Positions 8,474 to 17,835 of a stretch of 64,000 nucleotides of DNA are shown here, in pieces (position 1 is the first letter of the stretch; each line of letters starts with the position of its first letter). Position numbers and translations under genes: made by a program. The stretch is from NCBI GenBank assembly GCA_963783495.1, contig CAWANT010000004.1:350198-414197 (forward strand), read 5' to 3'. The stretch comes from an uncultured Chloroflexia bacterium (GTDB lineage: Bacteria; Chloroflexota; Limnocylindria; QHBO01). The notes under the pieces were generated by a model that did no database searches, had not been told where the DNA came from, and saw only the letters and a list, made by a program, of their open reading frames with translations.

Positions 8474-9139
8474 CTATGGATCAGGATTCAGGGCCTCGAC
8501 GTCGAGTACTTCGATACGCCCGCGGGACAGCCGGATCGAGCCCCGTCGCTCTTTGGCCTCCAGGAGCCGACTGACTACCTCACGCGCGGTGCCAAGCTCC
8601 GCTGCGATATCGTCGTGGCGCATCGAAACCCCACCATCACCATCCAGGTGGTCTGCGATCAGCAGGGCCAGGCGATCTTCGACTGTGCCGAATGCCAGTC
8701 GTTCGAGGATGGCCGTCACATCGACGAGGGCGCGCGTCACGGTCTCGAGGAGAAATCGCTGCATCCCAGCATCGCTCTCTGCCCAGTCGCGCACGACAGT
8801 GGCGGAGATCGTGACCACTTCCGTTGGCCCCTCAGCCTGGCCAGTCGCGAGCAGTGGCTCGTCCCTCAGGACGGAGAGCATGCTGACCAGGCTCGCCTCA
8901 CCGGGGCGAACGTAATAGAGGGTCACTTGTCGTCCCGTCGCCCCAGTCCTGAAGACCCGGATACTCCCGCTGCCGACGGCCGTGAAGTCTGACCCTGCGT
9001 CGCCCTCGCGAAACAGGATCTCACCGGGCTCAAGCCGTGCGCGGTGAGCCGCAGCGAGCAGGAGCGCCCGCGATTCCGCGGACGCCACGCGATAGAACGT
9101 CAACCCTTCGAGGATTTCGCGGCCATCCCCGCCCATCAA
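8474..9139 (-). CDS. Crp/Fnr family transcriptional regulator
   Basis: Intact 221-aa ORF with a cNMP-binding beta-barrel (..ILFREGDAGSDFTAVGSGSIRVF..) and a C-terminal HTH (RHDDIAAELGTAREVVSRLL). Confidence 0.85.
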   Translation of the reverse strand: MMGGDGREILEGLTFYRVASAESRALLLAAAHRARLEPGEILFREGDAGSDFTAVGSGSIRVFRTGATGRQVTLYYVRPGEASLVSMLSVLRDEPLLATGQAEGPTEVVTISATVVRDWAESDAGMQRFLLETVTRALVDVTAILERLAFGTVEDRLALLIADHLDGDGGVSMRHDDIAAELGTAREVVSRLLEAKERRGSIRLSRGRIEVLDVEALNPDP

Positions 9140-9966
9140 CAGGGGGCCCGATGACTTGCGGCCCGTGCTGCGAACGCCTCGACGGCCGCCGCGAACGCAG
9201 CTGCCAGCGGTGGGTCCTCCAACATATCGGTTCCGTGAAGGTTCGACTCGAGCATCAATAGCTCACCGTCGGCCGCCCACCGGTGGAGCTGCCGGGTATC
9301 GTCGGCCGCACCCAGGGCGTCCTGGTCGCCTGAGGCGAACAGGATTGGGCAACGAAGGGCCGCCACGTCCTCCTCCTCGAACGCATAGAGCTGATCCTGG
9401 GAACCTGTCCCGTTCACGCCAGCCAACCAGATCACGCCACCGAGATTTGCTTCGGGCTGCCGGGCGGCGTGCAGCGACGCCATGGCGCCGAGGCTTGCAC
9501 CACCGGCAATGACTGTCCTCGCGCCCTCGCGGCGGAGCTCATCGGCGCCCCCCAGCACGTCCTGCCAGACGCTGCCAATCGTGGGTCGCTCGTTGTAGGT
9601 CAGGACCAGGTAGCGGTGATCGGCCAAGAGCGAGGCGAGCTGCGTCCAGTCATCCTGGCTGCGACCCGAGCCCCACATGTGCGACAGCACGATGCCTACG
9701 CGCCCGTCGCCGAACAGGCGACCGGAACGAACCTGGCCGTCACGGGTCGTGAATTCCACCTCGCGGTATTCCGCGCCCATCGGCGCAGAAGCCGTGGGGG
9801 AGATAGCCGGCGTCGCGTTCGACGCCTGTGACGGAACCGACGCTGCACTGATCGGGCTGTCCATGGGTTTCGGAGCGCAGGCCGCGCACACCAGGAGCGC
9901 CAGGACGACGACCAACAGCGTCATCGACTGCGGCTGCTTCTCGTTGCGCATGTGACGGCCTTGCAT
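9136..9966 (-). CDS. secreted alpha/beta hydrolase (dienelactone-hydrolase-like)
   Basis: Intact 276-aa ORF with an N-terminal signal-like segment (LLVVVLALLVCAACAP) and a nucleophile elbow GGASLGAM. It overlaps the crp start by 4 nt. Confidence 0.75.
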   Translation of the reverse strand: MQGRHMRNEKQPQSMTLLVVVLALLVCAACAPKPMDSPISAASVPSQASNATPAISPTASAPMGAEYREVEFTTRDGQVRSGRLFGDGRVGIVLSHMWGSGRSQDDWTQLASLLADHRYLVLTYNERPTIGSVWQDVLGGADELRREGARTVIAGGASLGAMASLHAARQPEANLGGVIWLAGVNGTGSQDQLYAFEEEDVAALRCPILFASGDQDALGAADDTRQLHRWAADGELLMLESNLHGTDMLEDPPLAAAFAAAVEAFAARAASHRAPC

Positions 9967-11595
9967 TTGACCCCGTCATTCCTGCGAGCGTCGTGCCAGA
10001 TGCCTGGCTGGATTAGGCTTCCCACTCCCGAAGCAAGGGTCCGTGCAACTCTGCAGCCATCGAACGCACTGACACAGCGCCTGTCCGGCATCTCGCCTGA
10101 TCTGATCATCGCCGGCGCGCTGACGGTGATCGGCGCAATCCTGTATGCCACGCAGCTCGGGGCAGTGGGCTTCTCGTCCGACGAGGGACTGACCGCCTGG
10201 GTCATGGACCTGCGGCCCGGGGCCTTCCTCTCGCAGATCACCGTCGAGGCGCCGCATTACGCGGTCTATTACGGCGTCCTGCGGGTCCTGGTGGCCGTGT
10301 TCGGAACCAGCGAGGCCGCGATCCGCTCGCTCTCGTACCTCTCGGCCGTGGCAACCGTGCCGTTCGTGTACCTGATCGGCCGCCAACTGGCGCCCGGGCG
10401 CCTGGTGGCCGTCGGGGCAGCTGTCCTTCTGATCGCGAACGGCTTCGTGCTGAACTACGCCGTCGAGGCCCGGGTCTATCCCTTCGTCATGCTGCTGGTC
10501 ACCATAGCCACGTGGCTGCTCCTCGTCGCCACGGAATCCCGGCGCCCGTTGCACTGGGTCGGCTACAGCGTGGTGATGACTGCCGCCATCTGGGCCCACT
10601 TCTACGCGTTCTTCCTGGTGCCAGCGCACGTTGTCTGGCTCTGGTTCCAGGGCGCGAGGTGCGGGCGGATGGGATTGCTGGCGGTGCTCGGCTGCATCGC
10701 GGCATCGGTTCCGATCGGCCTTGCCATCACCCTCCTGGGGCCCGAACGCGAGTGGCTCGTGCAGCCGACGTTCGGGCAGGTCATCGCGGTTCTGAGTCGA
10801 ACCACTGGGGCGGCCCAGGCGGGGATCCTGGGTCCCGTCCTGCCGCTCGCCTATCTCACCGCCGTCGCGGCGCTATTCGTGACGTGGCTGCGCGGACGCC
10901 AGCCGTCCCACGCGCTGATCCTGCTGTGGATCGTCACGCCGGTCGCGGTGGGCCTGATGGTGAGCGTCGTCAAGCCGGTCTTCATCCTGCGGTCGATGAC
11001 CATCATCGCGCCCGCCCTCGTGCTCGCCATGGCCACCGCCGTCGCCCAGATCCGCGTGGCGTGGCTTCGGCCTGCCGCGGTGGCGGTCGTCACGATTCTG
11101 TCGCTGCAGCACATGTTCGTGCCGAACCCGACGCACCCCGATTTCCGCAGCGCGATTGCCGCTGTCGCCGAGCACAGCGAATCTGGCGATGCCTTCATAA
11201 ATGTGCCGTTCAAGTTCATGTGGCTGGCGTCGCGGTATTACCTGCAGCAGGCGGGCGCGATGGAGGAGCTGGAGGTTCTCAATCGCAAGCGCGACGACGC
11301 GGCGGCCATGCAACCCCGTCTCAAATCGGTGGTGGATTCGCGCCAGAGGCTATGGCTGCTGGAGGGGCTTAGCGCCAGTGGTCGGGAGCCGTGGGCCGCG
11401 CGCACGTGGCTTCGGCGGCTCGAAAGGTCGGGGTACGTCGTGACTGGCGAGTGGGGGTTCCATCGGCTGAAGCTCTTGTTGCTCGAGCCCAGCAGGAGGT
11501 TCGGCGGCGCCCGCGCGAGGCTCAGAGAGCCCACTCGGAGCGTCATCAGTTGTCGCTGTCTGCCCGAGTCCCTCCGGTCCATCCCTGATTGGTAA
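9952..11595 (+). CDS. polytopic membrane glycosyltransferase (GT39/PMT_2/ArnT-like)
   Basis: Intact 547-aa ORF with more than 10 hydrophobic spans and a soluble C-terminus. The alternative start at 10000 (MPGWIRL) avoids overlap with the divergent hydrolase. The family call rests on architecture and composition only. Confidence 0.6.
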   Translation: MTALHLTPSFLRASCQMPGWIRLPTPEARVRATLQPSNALTQRLSGISPDLIIAGALTVIGAILYATQLGAVGFSSDEGLTAWVMDLRPGAFLSQITVEAPHYAVYYGVLRVLVAVFGTSEAAIRSLSYLSAVATVPFVYLIGRQLAPGRLVAVGAAVLLIANGFVLNYAVEARVYPFVMLLVTIATWLLLVATESRRPLHWVGYSVVMTAAIWAHFYAFFLVPAHVVWLWFQGARCGRMGLLAVLGCIAASVPIGLAITLLGPEREWLVQPTFGQVIAVLSRTTGAAQAGILGPVLPLAYLTAVAALFVTWLRGRQPSHALILLWIVTPVAVGLMVSVVKPVFILRSMTIIAPALVLAMATAVAQIRVAWLRPAAVAVVTILSLQHMFVPNPTHPDFRSAIAAVAEHSESGDAFINVPFKFMWLASRYYLQQAGAMEELEVLNRKRDDAAAMQPRLKSVVDSRQRLWLLEGLSASGREPWAARTWLRRLERSGYVVTGEWGFHRLKLLLLEPSRRFGGARARLREPTRSVISCRCLPESLRSIPDW

Positions 11596-12353
11596 AGGTG
11601 GGCACGAACCGATATCCCTTGCCGGGGACGGTTTCGATGAAGCGCGGGTGGCGATAGTCATTCTGGAGCTTGATCCGCAGGCTCCGAATGTGCCGGTCGA
11701 CGATGTTGCTCTCGGCGACGAAGTCGGTGCCCCACACGCTGTCCAGGATCTCCTCCCGTGTGACGACTCGCCCACCCCGGCTCGCGAGGACGTACAGCAG
11801 GCTCTGCTCGATGCCGCTCAGGTGGATGACCGAGTCACCGGCGCGAACCACGCCGATGCACGATGTCGACCTCCATCTCGCCGAGCTTGATGGTCGGGAC
11901 GATCGGCCGTTCGACGCCCGAGGCTCGCCGCGCGATGACGATCGACCGCGCGAGGAGCTCGTCTGGTGAGAACGGCACCGCCAGGACATCATCGACCCCC
12001 AGGTCGAAGGCCCGCAGCTTGGTCGGCAGGTCGCCCCGCCGCGTGAGGCCAAGGATCGGCGTGTCGCTCTGGCGCAGCGTGTTCGATGCACCAAGGCGAG
12101 TGAGCACCTCGGGGGCGTCGGCGTGATCCATGTCGACGATCGCCATGTGCGGCCGCCAGCCCGCGAGGATCGTCTCCGCTTCGGCCAGATCGGCTGCGGC
12201 CCGCGTCACGAACAGGCCGTGATTGAGCGTCAGCTCAATGAGATCAATGAGCAGCGGACGGTCATGCAGGACCAGCGCTCGGCGCGCATCGGATTCCGGC
12301 GCACGAGCAGGGCCTTCCATCGCTTCGACCCTCATCGCGTCTCTGTTCACCAC
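11546..12353 (-). CDS. OmpR/PhoB-family response regulator with an atypical receiver, one frame break near 11860-11900
   Basis: The receiver is in ORF 11835..12353. The winged-helix output domain is in ORF 11546..12094 (..REEILDSVWGTDFVAESNIVDRHIRSLRIKL..FIETVPGKGYRFV). Confidence 0.75.
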
Positions 12354-12541
12354 AGGATTCTCCGAACGACGCTCGTGGTCAACTGGCCGGTCGCAGGATT
12401 ACGGTGCGTAATGACGCAAGCGCGCCTCGCGGCACGCTTGTAGGAGCGAACCGAGACGAGACGCGACGAGGGGAGGGGCCGAGCGAGGGTGCACAGCTCG
12501 GCTCGCGTCTCGTTCTTTCCTGCCACGCCCCCCGAGATCCG

Positions 12542-13087
12542 TCAGCTATTGCTGTCCGCATGACGATCGCACACGACTCGATCGGACCGATCACTTCGAG
12601 GCAGGATCACGCTGACCTCGCCGTTGCCTTCGAGGTAGACGGCCCGGACATCCTCGAGCCTGTCGATCCCCTGCAGACGGATCTCGGACAACAGCTCCTC
12701 CTCCGTGATCAGCGCGCGGCGCAGGCTGGGCCTGATGAGCCGGCCGTTCTGGACGAGGGGCGTCTTCTCCGGATGGACGAGCCGCCCGATTCGGGGCACG
12801 CGGTAGGCGAGCCAGTCCAGGACGAAGCTCCAGCCGATGATGGTGGCCACCAGCAGGCTGCCACTGGCAAGCGACATGTACTCGTCAGCCATCGCGTTCT
12901 GCGCGGCATCGGCCACCAGCACCAGCACCAGCAGGTCGCTCATGGTGGTCCCGCCGGTGCGACCCCGCAGCACGACGCGGAGCAGCACGAAGATCACGAA
13001 GTACATCACGGTCCCACGCAGCAGGGTCTCGGGCACGCTCAGGTCCGGTCCCACGACCTCTCCGAAATCGATGCCAAGCCAGTCCAT
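12542..13087 (-). CDS. DUF421/YetF-like membrane protein
   Basis: Intact 181-aa ORF with N-terminal TM helices and the motif ..LLVLVLVADAAQNAM.. Confidence 0.75.
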   Translation of the reverse strand: MDWLGIDFGEVVGPDLSVPETLLRGTVMYFVIFVLLRVVLRGRTGGTTMSDLLVLVLVADAAQNAMADEYMSLASGSLLVATIIGWSFVLDWLAYRVPRIGRLVHPEKTPLVQNGRLIRPSLRRALITEEELLSEIRLQGIDRLEDVRAVYLEGNGEVSVILPRSDRSDRVVCDRHADSNS

Positions 13088-13142
13088 GACGCGGCGTTCG
13101 ATGCACGTTTGATTCCATCGAAACCCCGATCGTCCACGGGTT

Positions 13143-13162
13143 ATGTGATAGAGTTATCACAT
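13143..13162. promoter_or_regulatory. perfect 8-4-8 inverted repeat ATGTGATA-GAGT-TATCACAT overlapping the ArsR-family gene start (candidate autoregulatory operator)
   Basis: Arms at 13143-13150 and 13155-13162. The site is AT-rich in a GC-rich genome, and the ATG of 13161..13958 lies in the right arm. Confidence 0.4.
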
Positions 13163-13958
13163 GTCATCGCCCCAGGCGGCCATCGCCCGTGACAGCGGGT
13201 CCATCGATGTCTGGCGCGTGCTGGCCAGCCCGCAGCGTCGCCAGCTGCTCGACCTGCTGAGCGAAGGCCCGCGGACCACCGGCTATCTGGCCGATGCGAT
13301 GCCGGAGCTGAGCCGCTTCGCCGTCATGCAGCACCTGGGTGTCCTGACCGACGCCAACCTGGTGGTGGTGCGGCGTCGCGGGAGGCATCGGTTCAACCAT
13401 CTCAATCCCGTTCCCCTGCGGCGCTGGTACGAGCGCTGGGTCGTGCCGCTGGCCGACCGTGCCGGGGCGGAGCTGCTGGCGCTGGAGCGCCACGTCGAAG
13501 GAGGACCATCCATGACCGTCGTGACCGATGAGATCCGGACCGTCCGGATCGAGACCGAGCTGCGCTTCCGCGCGACGCCCGAGCGGCTCTTCCGCGCCCT
13601 GACCGAGGAGTCGCTGGAGTGGTTCCCCACGACGTACGGTGAGGAGCGCGTCAAGGCGGTGGTCGTCGAGCCCCGGGTGGGCGGCGCGCATTACGAGGAC
13701 TGGGGCGACGGCGCCGGTCACCTGTACGGGCACGTGACCGTCTTCGACCGGCCGTATCGGCTCAGCACCCGCGGGCGCGTCTTCGCAGGCTCCATCCTGG
13801 ACACCGCCTATGAGATCGAGCCGGATGGCGACGAGACCGTCCTGCGCATGTCGAAGGTGGCGGTCGGACCGATGACCGATGAGCAGGCGGGCTCCATCCG
13901 GACCTACGGCGATATCGGCCGCTTCGAGGAGGCACTGCGTCGCGTGGTCGAGGGCTGA
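13161..13958 (+). CDS. ArsR/SmtB-family HTH regulator fused to an SRPBCC (Aha1/START-like) domain
   Basis: Intact 265-aa ORF. The N-terminal part carries VLASPQRRQLLDLLSEGPRTTGYLADAMPELSRFAVMQHLGVL. The C-terminal part carries ..RLFRALTEESLEWFP..GGAHYEDWGDGAGHLYG.. Confidence 0.85.
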   Translation: MSSPQAAIARDSGSIDVWRVLASPQRRQLLDLLSEGPRTTGYLADAMPELSRFAVMQHLGVLTDANLVVVRRRGRHRFNHLNPVPLRRWYERWVVPLADRAGAELLALERHVEGGPSMTVVTDEIRTVRIETELRFRATPERLFRALTEESLEWFPTTYGEERVKAVVVEPRVGGAHYEDWGDGAGHLYGHVTVFDRPYRLSTRGRVFAGSILDTAYEIEPDGDETVLRMSKVAVGPMTDEQAGSIRTYGDIGRFEEALRRVVEG

Positions 13959-13974
13959 ACGCAGGCGTCATCGC

Positions 13975-14058
13975 TCGCGCGTACGCGCGCCTTGCGTACA
14001 ACCGCGCCGATTGCCTGCGGTACGCGCCATCGCACTCTCCCGTTGCGTAACACGGCGC
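13975..14058. repeat. cluster of four degenerate GCGTAC..GCGCC repeats in a convergent intergenic region
   Basis: cgcGCGTACgcGCGCC (13975-13990), ttGCGTACaaccGCGCC (13991-14007), gcctGCGgTACGCGCC (14012-14027) and gttGCGTAacacgGCGCC (14041-14058). The first copy contains the palindrome GCGCGTACGCGC. Confidence 0.25.
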
Positions 14059-14109
14059 CGTTCCCCGGCGATGTCGGGCGCGTTGGCGCCCTTGTACCCA
14101 AGCTGAGTG

Positions 14110-15370
14110 TCAGAGCCTCGACCCACGCCGCGTCATGCCGGCTCGCGAGCGTTGGCTTCGTCTGCCACGGTGGACCTTGATCTCGCCCAGGGTGACGCGT
14201 GCGAACACCCCGGCCGAGACCGTGATCAGGGCGGACAGGCTGAGCACCGGCACGATCCCGATCACCGATGCCAGCGCGCCGCCGAACCCGAGCACGCTGA
14301 CCAGGCAGATCAGCGCCACCATGGTGGAGAGCGACCCGAACACCCGGCCCCGGTACGCGTCTGGCACACGCTCCTGCAGCAGCGTCTGCACGGCCGCGCC
14401 GGAGGTCACTGCCGGGATGCCCAGCAGGAACGAGGTCACCAGCACCACCGGCAGCAGCGGCACGTTGAACTGGATCAGCTGCATGGCGCCGGCAACGATG
14501 CAGGCGGCGGCCAGCAGGTCGACCGTCGGATGGCGGCGGCTCAGGCGCGACGCCACCACGCCGCCGAGCATGCCGCCGGCGGCCCGCGCGGTGAGCACCA
14601 CGCCGAAGACGGCGGGACCGGCGCCGACCACGTCCCGGATGAAGGCAGCGAACAACGGATCCGTCATCACGCCACCGAAATTCATGAGGAGCAGGACCAC
14701 GAACAGGGCGAGGATGGCACGGGTCCGCGTGATCAGGCCCAGGCCTTCACGCCACTCCCGCCAGAAGTGGGCGGGCTGCCGGCTCGGAACTGATCTCTGC
14801 CCGGCCCGGCGCACGAATCGCCGCGATCAGGACCGCACCGATCATGAACGTGGCGGCATCGATGATGGCCACGCCCTCGATACCCCACAGGGCGAGCGTC
14901 AGGCCTCCCAGTGGCGCTCCGATCAGTCGTGCCAGGCTGTTGTTCAGGGAGTTCAGGGCGTTGGCCGTGACCAGCTCATCGGCCTGGACCAGTCGTGGCA
15001 GGAGGGCGTTCTCGGCCGGTCCGAACAACGTGGACAGGGCCGCCTGGGTGCCGACCACCGCCAGGGCGACCGGCAGCACGCCGAACGCATCAATGGTCAG
15101 CAGCCCGGCCACCGCCAGGCCCGAGGCGAACGAGGTAATGACCATGACCCGCTTCCGATCCCAGCGGTCCACATAGACGCCGGCGAAGGTGGTCAGCACG
15201 AAATTGGGGATCAGCTCGGCGGTGATGATCAGCGCCGTGGCGATGGTGGAGCCGGTGCGCGAGTAGACGTAGAACGGCAGGGCGGCCAACAGCAGCCAGT
15301 CGCCGGTCATCGAGATGAGGCCACCGAACCACAGCAGGGCAAAGTCCCGCCTGCGCAGTACCGCGAGCAT
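14110..15370 (-). CDS. MFS transporter, one frame break near 14760-14800
   Basis: The N-terminal half is ORF 14747..15370 (MLAVLRRRDFALLWFGGLISMTGDW..) and the C-terminal half is ORF 14110..14814. It has about 12 hydrophobic spans. Confidence 0.75.
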
Positions 15371-15373
15371 GGT

Positions 15374-16523
15374 TCAGGCCGCGGTCGGGGAAGGGTCCGT
15401 GAACCTCCAGCAATCGCAGCGTTTCGGCCGCGAAGACGGCCTCCAGCCGGGCATTGCTGCCGACCGCCTCGTACCCGACGACGAGTGCTGGGCCGCCGTA
15501 TGCCTCGAGTTCGCGAGGCGGCATTGCGCGCAGCCGAGGATGCTTCCGCCGGAAGGCGCGCGCTTCGGGCAGCGCCAGCGTCATGGCGCTCACCGAGGAG
15601 GTGACCTGGAGCGCGCAGTCGGGGCAGTCGGCGTAGAGCCCGCGGCGGTGGCTGCCGACGGGCAGGTCGTGGCGCTCGTAGGTCTGAAGGGGCAGCCGGT
15701 TGCCGCATCGCGTACACGCGACGTGGCCGGTCTCCAACCCGTCGCCGTAGTACGCGTGCGACCACTCGTCGGCCCGCCGCAGGATGGCGGTCGGGCGCAC
15801 CAGCCCCTCCAGCAAGGTGGCGAAGACTGGATTGGCGAGCGGGAACTCCACGGCCCGAGCGGACGGGTTCGGGTCGCAGCGCGGGCACCGGAATGCGATC
15901 GTGCCCGGAGCCTGCTCGATGCGCATGAGGAGCGTGCCCACCCCGCACTGCGTGCAGTGCACGCGCGTGTGCACCCAGCTGTGGTCAGGGGGCGGCATGA
16001 GCCCGAGCGACTCCGCCTCCTGACGCAGGTCGCCCGCCAGCGAACGGCGCAGATTGGCCTTGCCTCGGGTGAGGCGCATCGAGACCGCGTCGGGCGTGCT
16101 GCCGGTGCGATGGGCGATCTCCGCAACGCTCCGGTCGTCCAGGTAGCGCTGGCGCATGGCCTCGCGGGAGGACGCCGGAAGTGAACCCAGTGCCATGTCC
16201 ACCAGCTCGGCCATCTCGGCCCGTTCGAGCTCTGCTTCGAGGTCGAGCGCGGCCCGCGGCTCGACGAATGTCTCGGCGCCGAGCGATGTCGCGGGCAGCT
16301 CGCGCCCGCGCCTGCGCGCCCATCGGCGGCAGACGTTGCGGGCGATGGCCGACAGCCACGGCTCGAAACCCGCGGGCTCGCGCAGCTTGCCCCGCTGCCG
16401 CCACGCCTCCAGCAGAGTCTCCTGCGCCAGGTCGTCGGCGGCATGCCGATCTCCGGAGACGGCTGCGCACAGCCGGACCAGGCGCGCGCGGTCGAGGTCT
16501 CGCCACAGGTTGGCTGGTGTCAT
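15374..16523 (-). CDS. ECF-type sigma-70 factor with a long C-terminal domain carrying two CxxC..CxxC zinc-ribbon motifs; 3' end uncertain
   Basis: Region 2 reads DLAQETLLEAWRQR and region 4 reads SVAEIAHRTGSTPDAVSMRLTRGKANLR. These are followed by HCTQCG..RCPRCD and ACTRCG..DCPDCA. The assembled ORF (15090..16523) reads through into the MFS gene. A TGA at 15376-15374 in another frame, just before the MFS ATG, is the more plausible end. Confidence 0.75.
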
Positions 16524-16607
16524 CTGGATCTCCCTGGCCGATACTGTGGGTCAAATCGCGACCTGACGCGAATTACCAACGCCGATAGGCATTCAGCGGG
16601 GATTTGC

Positions 16608-17057
16608 ATGCGTTTTCGCGCGACCCTGGAGACCGAGGGAAAGACCGCCACCGGCATCAACGTGCCTTCCGAGGTCGTAGAGGCGCTGGGTGATGGCAAG
16701 CGGCCGCGGGTCACGGTCACCATCAACGGGCATACCTATCGCAGCAGCGTGGCGGTGCTGGGCGGGCGCTACATGCTCGGCGTCAGTGCCGAGAACCGGG
16801 CGGCCGCCGGCGTCGAAGGCGGCCAGGAGGTGGATGTCGAGCTTGAGCTGGACACCGCTCCGCGCGAGGTCATGATCCCGCCCGATTTCGCCGCTGCCCT
16901 GGCGGCCGAGCCGGCGGCGCAGGCCACGTTCGACGGCCTGTCGTACTCGAACAAGTCATGGCACGTGCTCCAGATCGACGGCGCCAAGACGGACGAGACG
17001 CGGCAGCGCCGCATCGCCAAATCGGTGGAGGCACTCCGCGCCGGCAAGGTGCGCTAG
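16608..17057 (+). CDS. DUF1905 / YdeI-OmpD-associated family protein
   Basis: ATG at 16608. The protein reads MRFRATLETEGKTATGINVPSEVVEALGDGKRPRVTVTINGHTYRSSVAVLGGRYMLGV.. and ends with a C-terminal YdeI-like helix (ETRQRRIAKSVEALRAG). Confidence 0.75.
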   Translation: MRFRATLETEGKTATGINVPSEVVEALGDGKRPRVTVTINGHTYRSSVAVLGGRYMLGVSAENRAAAGVEGGQEVDVELELDTAPREVMIPPDFAAALAAEPAAQATFDGLSYSNKSWHVLQIDGAKTDETRQRRIAKSVEALRAGKVR

Positions 17058-17059
17058 CC

Positions 17060-17770
17060 ATGGCGCTGGCCGATCGGGTCGTCGCGGTACCGGGAGCGAC
17101 CGGCGCTGCCGGGCGCGCGGCCGTGGCGGCCTTCGCGGCGGAGGGCTGCAAGGTCGGGTTGATCGGGACCGATGCGGAGAGGCTCGACAGCCTGGCCGCG
17201 AACCTGGACCTGGCCGATGGCCGTTGGCACGGCGGGGCGGGCGACGTGACCAAGGCGGATGACGTTCGGCGTGTGGTGGGCGAGATCTCCGAGGCGCTGG
17301 GTCCGATCGACGTCATGGTCCACGTCGTTGGCGGCTGGCTGGGCGGTACGCCCGCGGTGGAGCTGGACCCGGCGGACGTGGCCACCTCCTTCGACCAGCA
17401 CGTCTTCAGCACGCTGCACATGGTCCAGGCGGTCGTGCCGGGCATGGTCGAGCGCGGCTGGGGACGGGTGTTCGCCGTCTCGCAGCCTCTGGCGAGCGAG
17501 CCCGGGCCGCGCGGCGGTGGCTATCTGATGGCCAAGGCGTCGCAGGAGGTGATGATGCGCAGCCTGGCGCGGGATCTGGCCGGTAGCGGGGTGACGGCCA
17601 ACCTGCTCATCGTCAAGACCATCGACAAGGACCACGAGCGCGACCGCGAGCCGACCACCAAGAACGCCCAATGGACGACGCCGGAGGAGATCGCCGCGGC
17701 CATGGTCATGCTCTGCGGCGATGCGGCGGCCACCATCAACGGAGCGCGGATTCCACTCTTCGGCCGCTGA
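17060..17770 (+). CDS. SDR-family oxidoreductase
   Basis: ATG at 17060, 3 nt after the upstream stop. The ORF is intact and carries VAVPGATGAAGRAA (a glycine-rich NAD(P) motif variant) and YLMAKASQE (YxxxK). Confidence 0.85.
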   Translation: MALADRVVAVPGATGAAGRAAVAAFAAEGCKVGLIGTDAERLDSLAANLDLADGRWHGGAGDVTKADDVRRVVGEISEALGPIDVMVHVVGGWLGGTPAVELDPADVATSFDQHVFSTLHMVQAVVPGMVERGWGRVFAVSQPLASEPGPRGGGYLMAKASQEVMMRSLARDLAGSGVTANLLIVKTIDKDHERDREPTTKNAQWTTPEEIAAAMVMLCGDAAATINGARIPLFGR

Positions 17771-17835
17771 TTCGGCCGCTATGGTTGCGGCGAACGGTGC
17801 GGGCCCAATCGCACCGACCGGGGAGGGTGCCCAAC

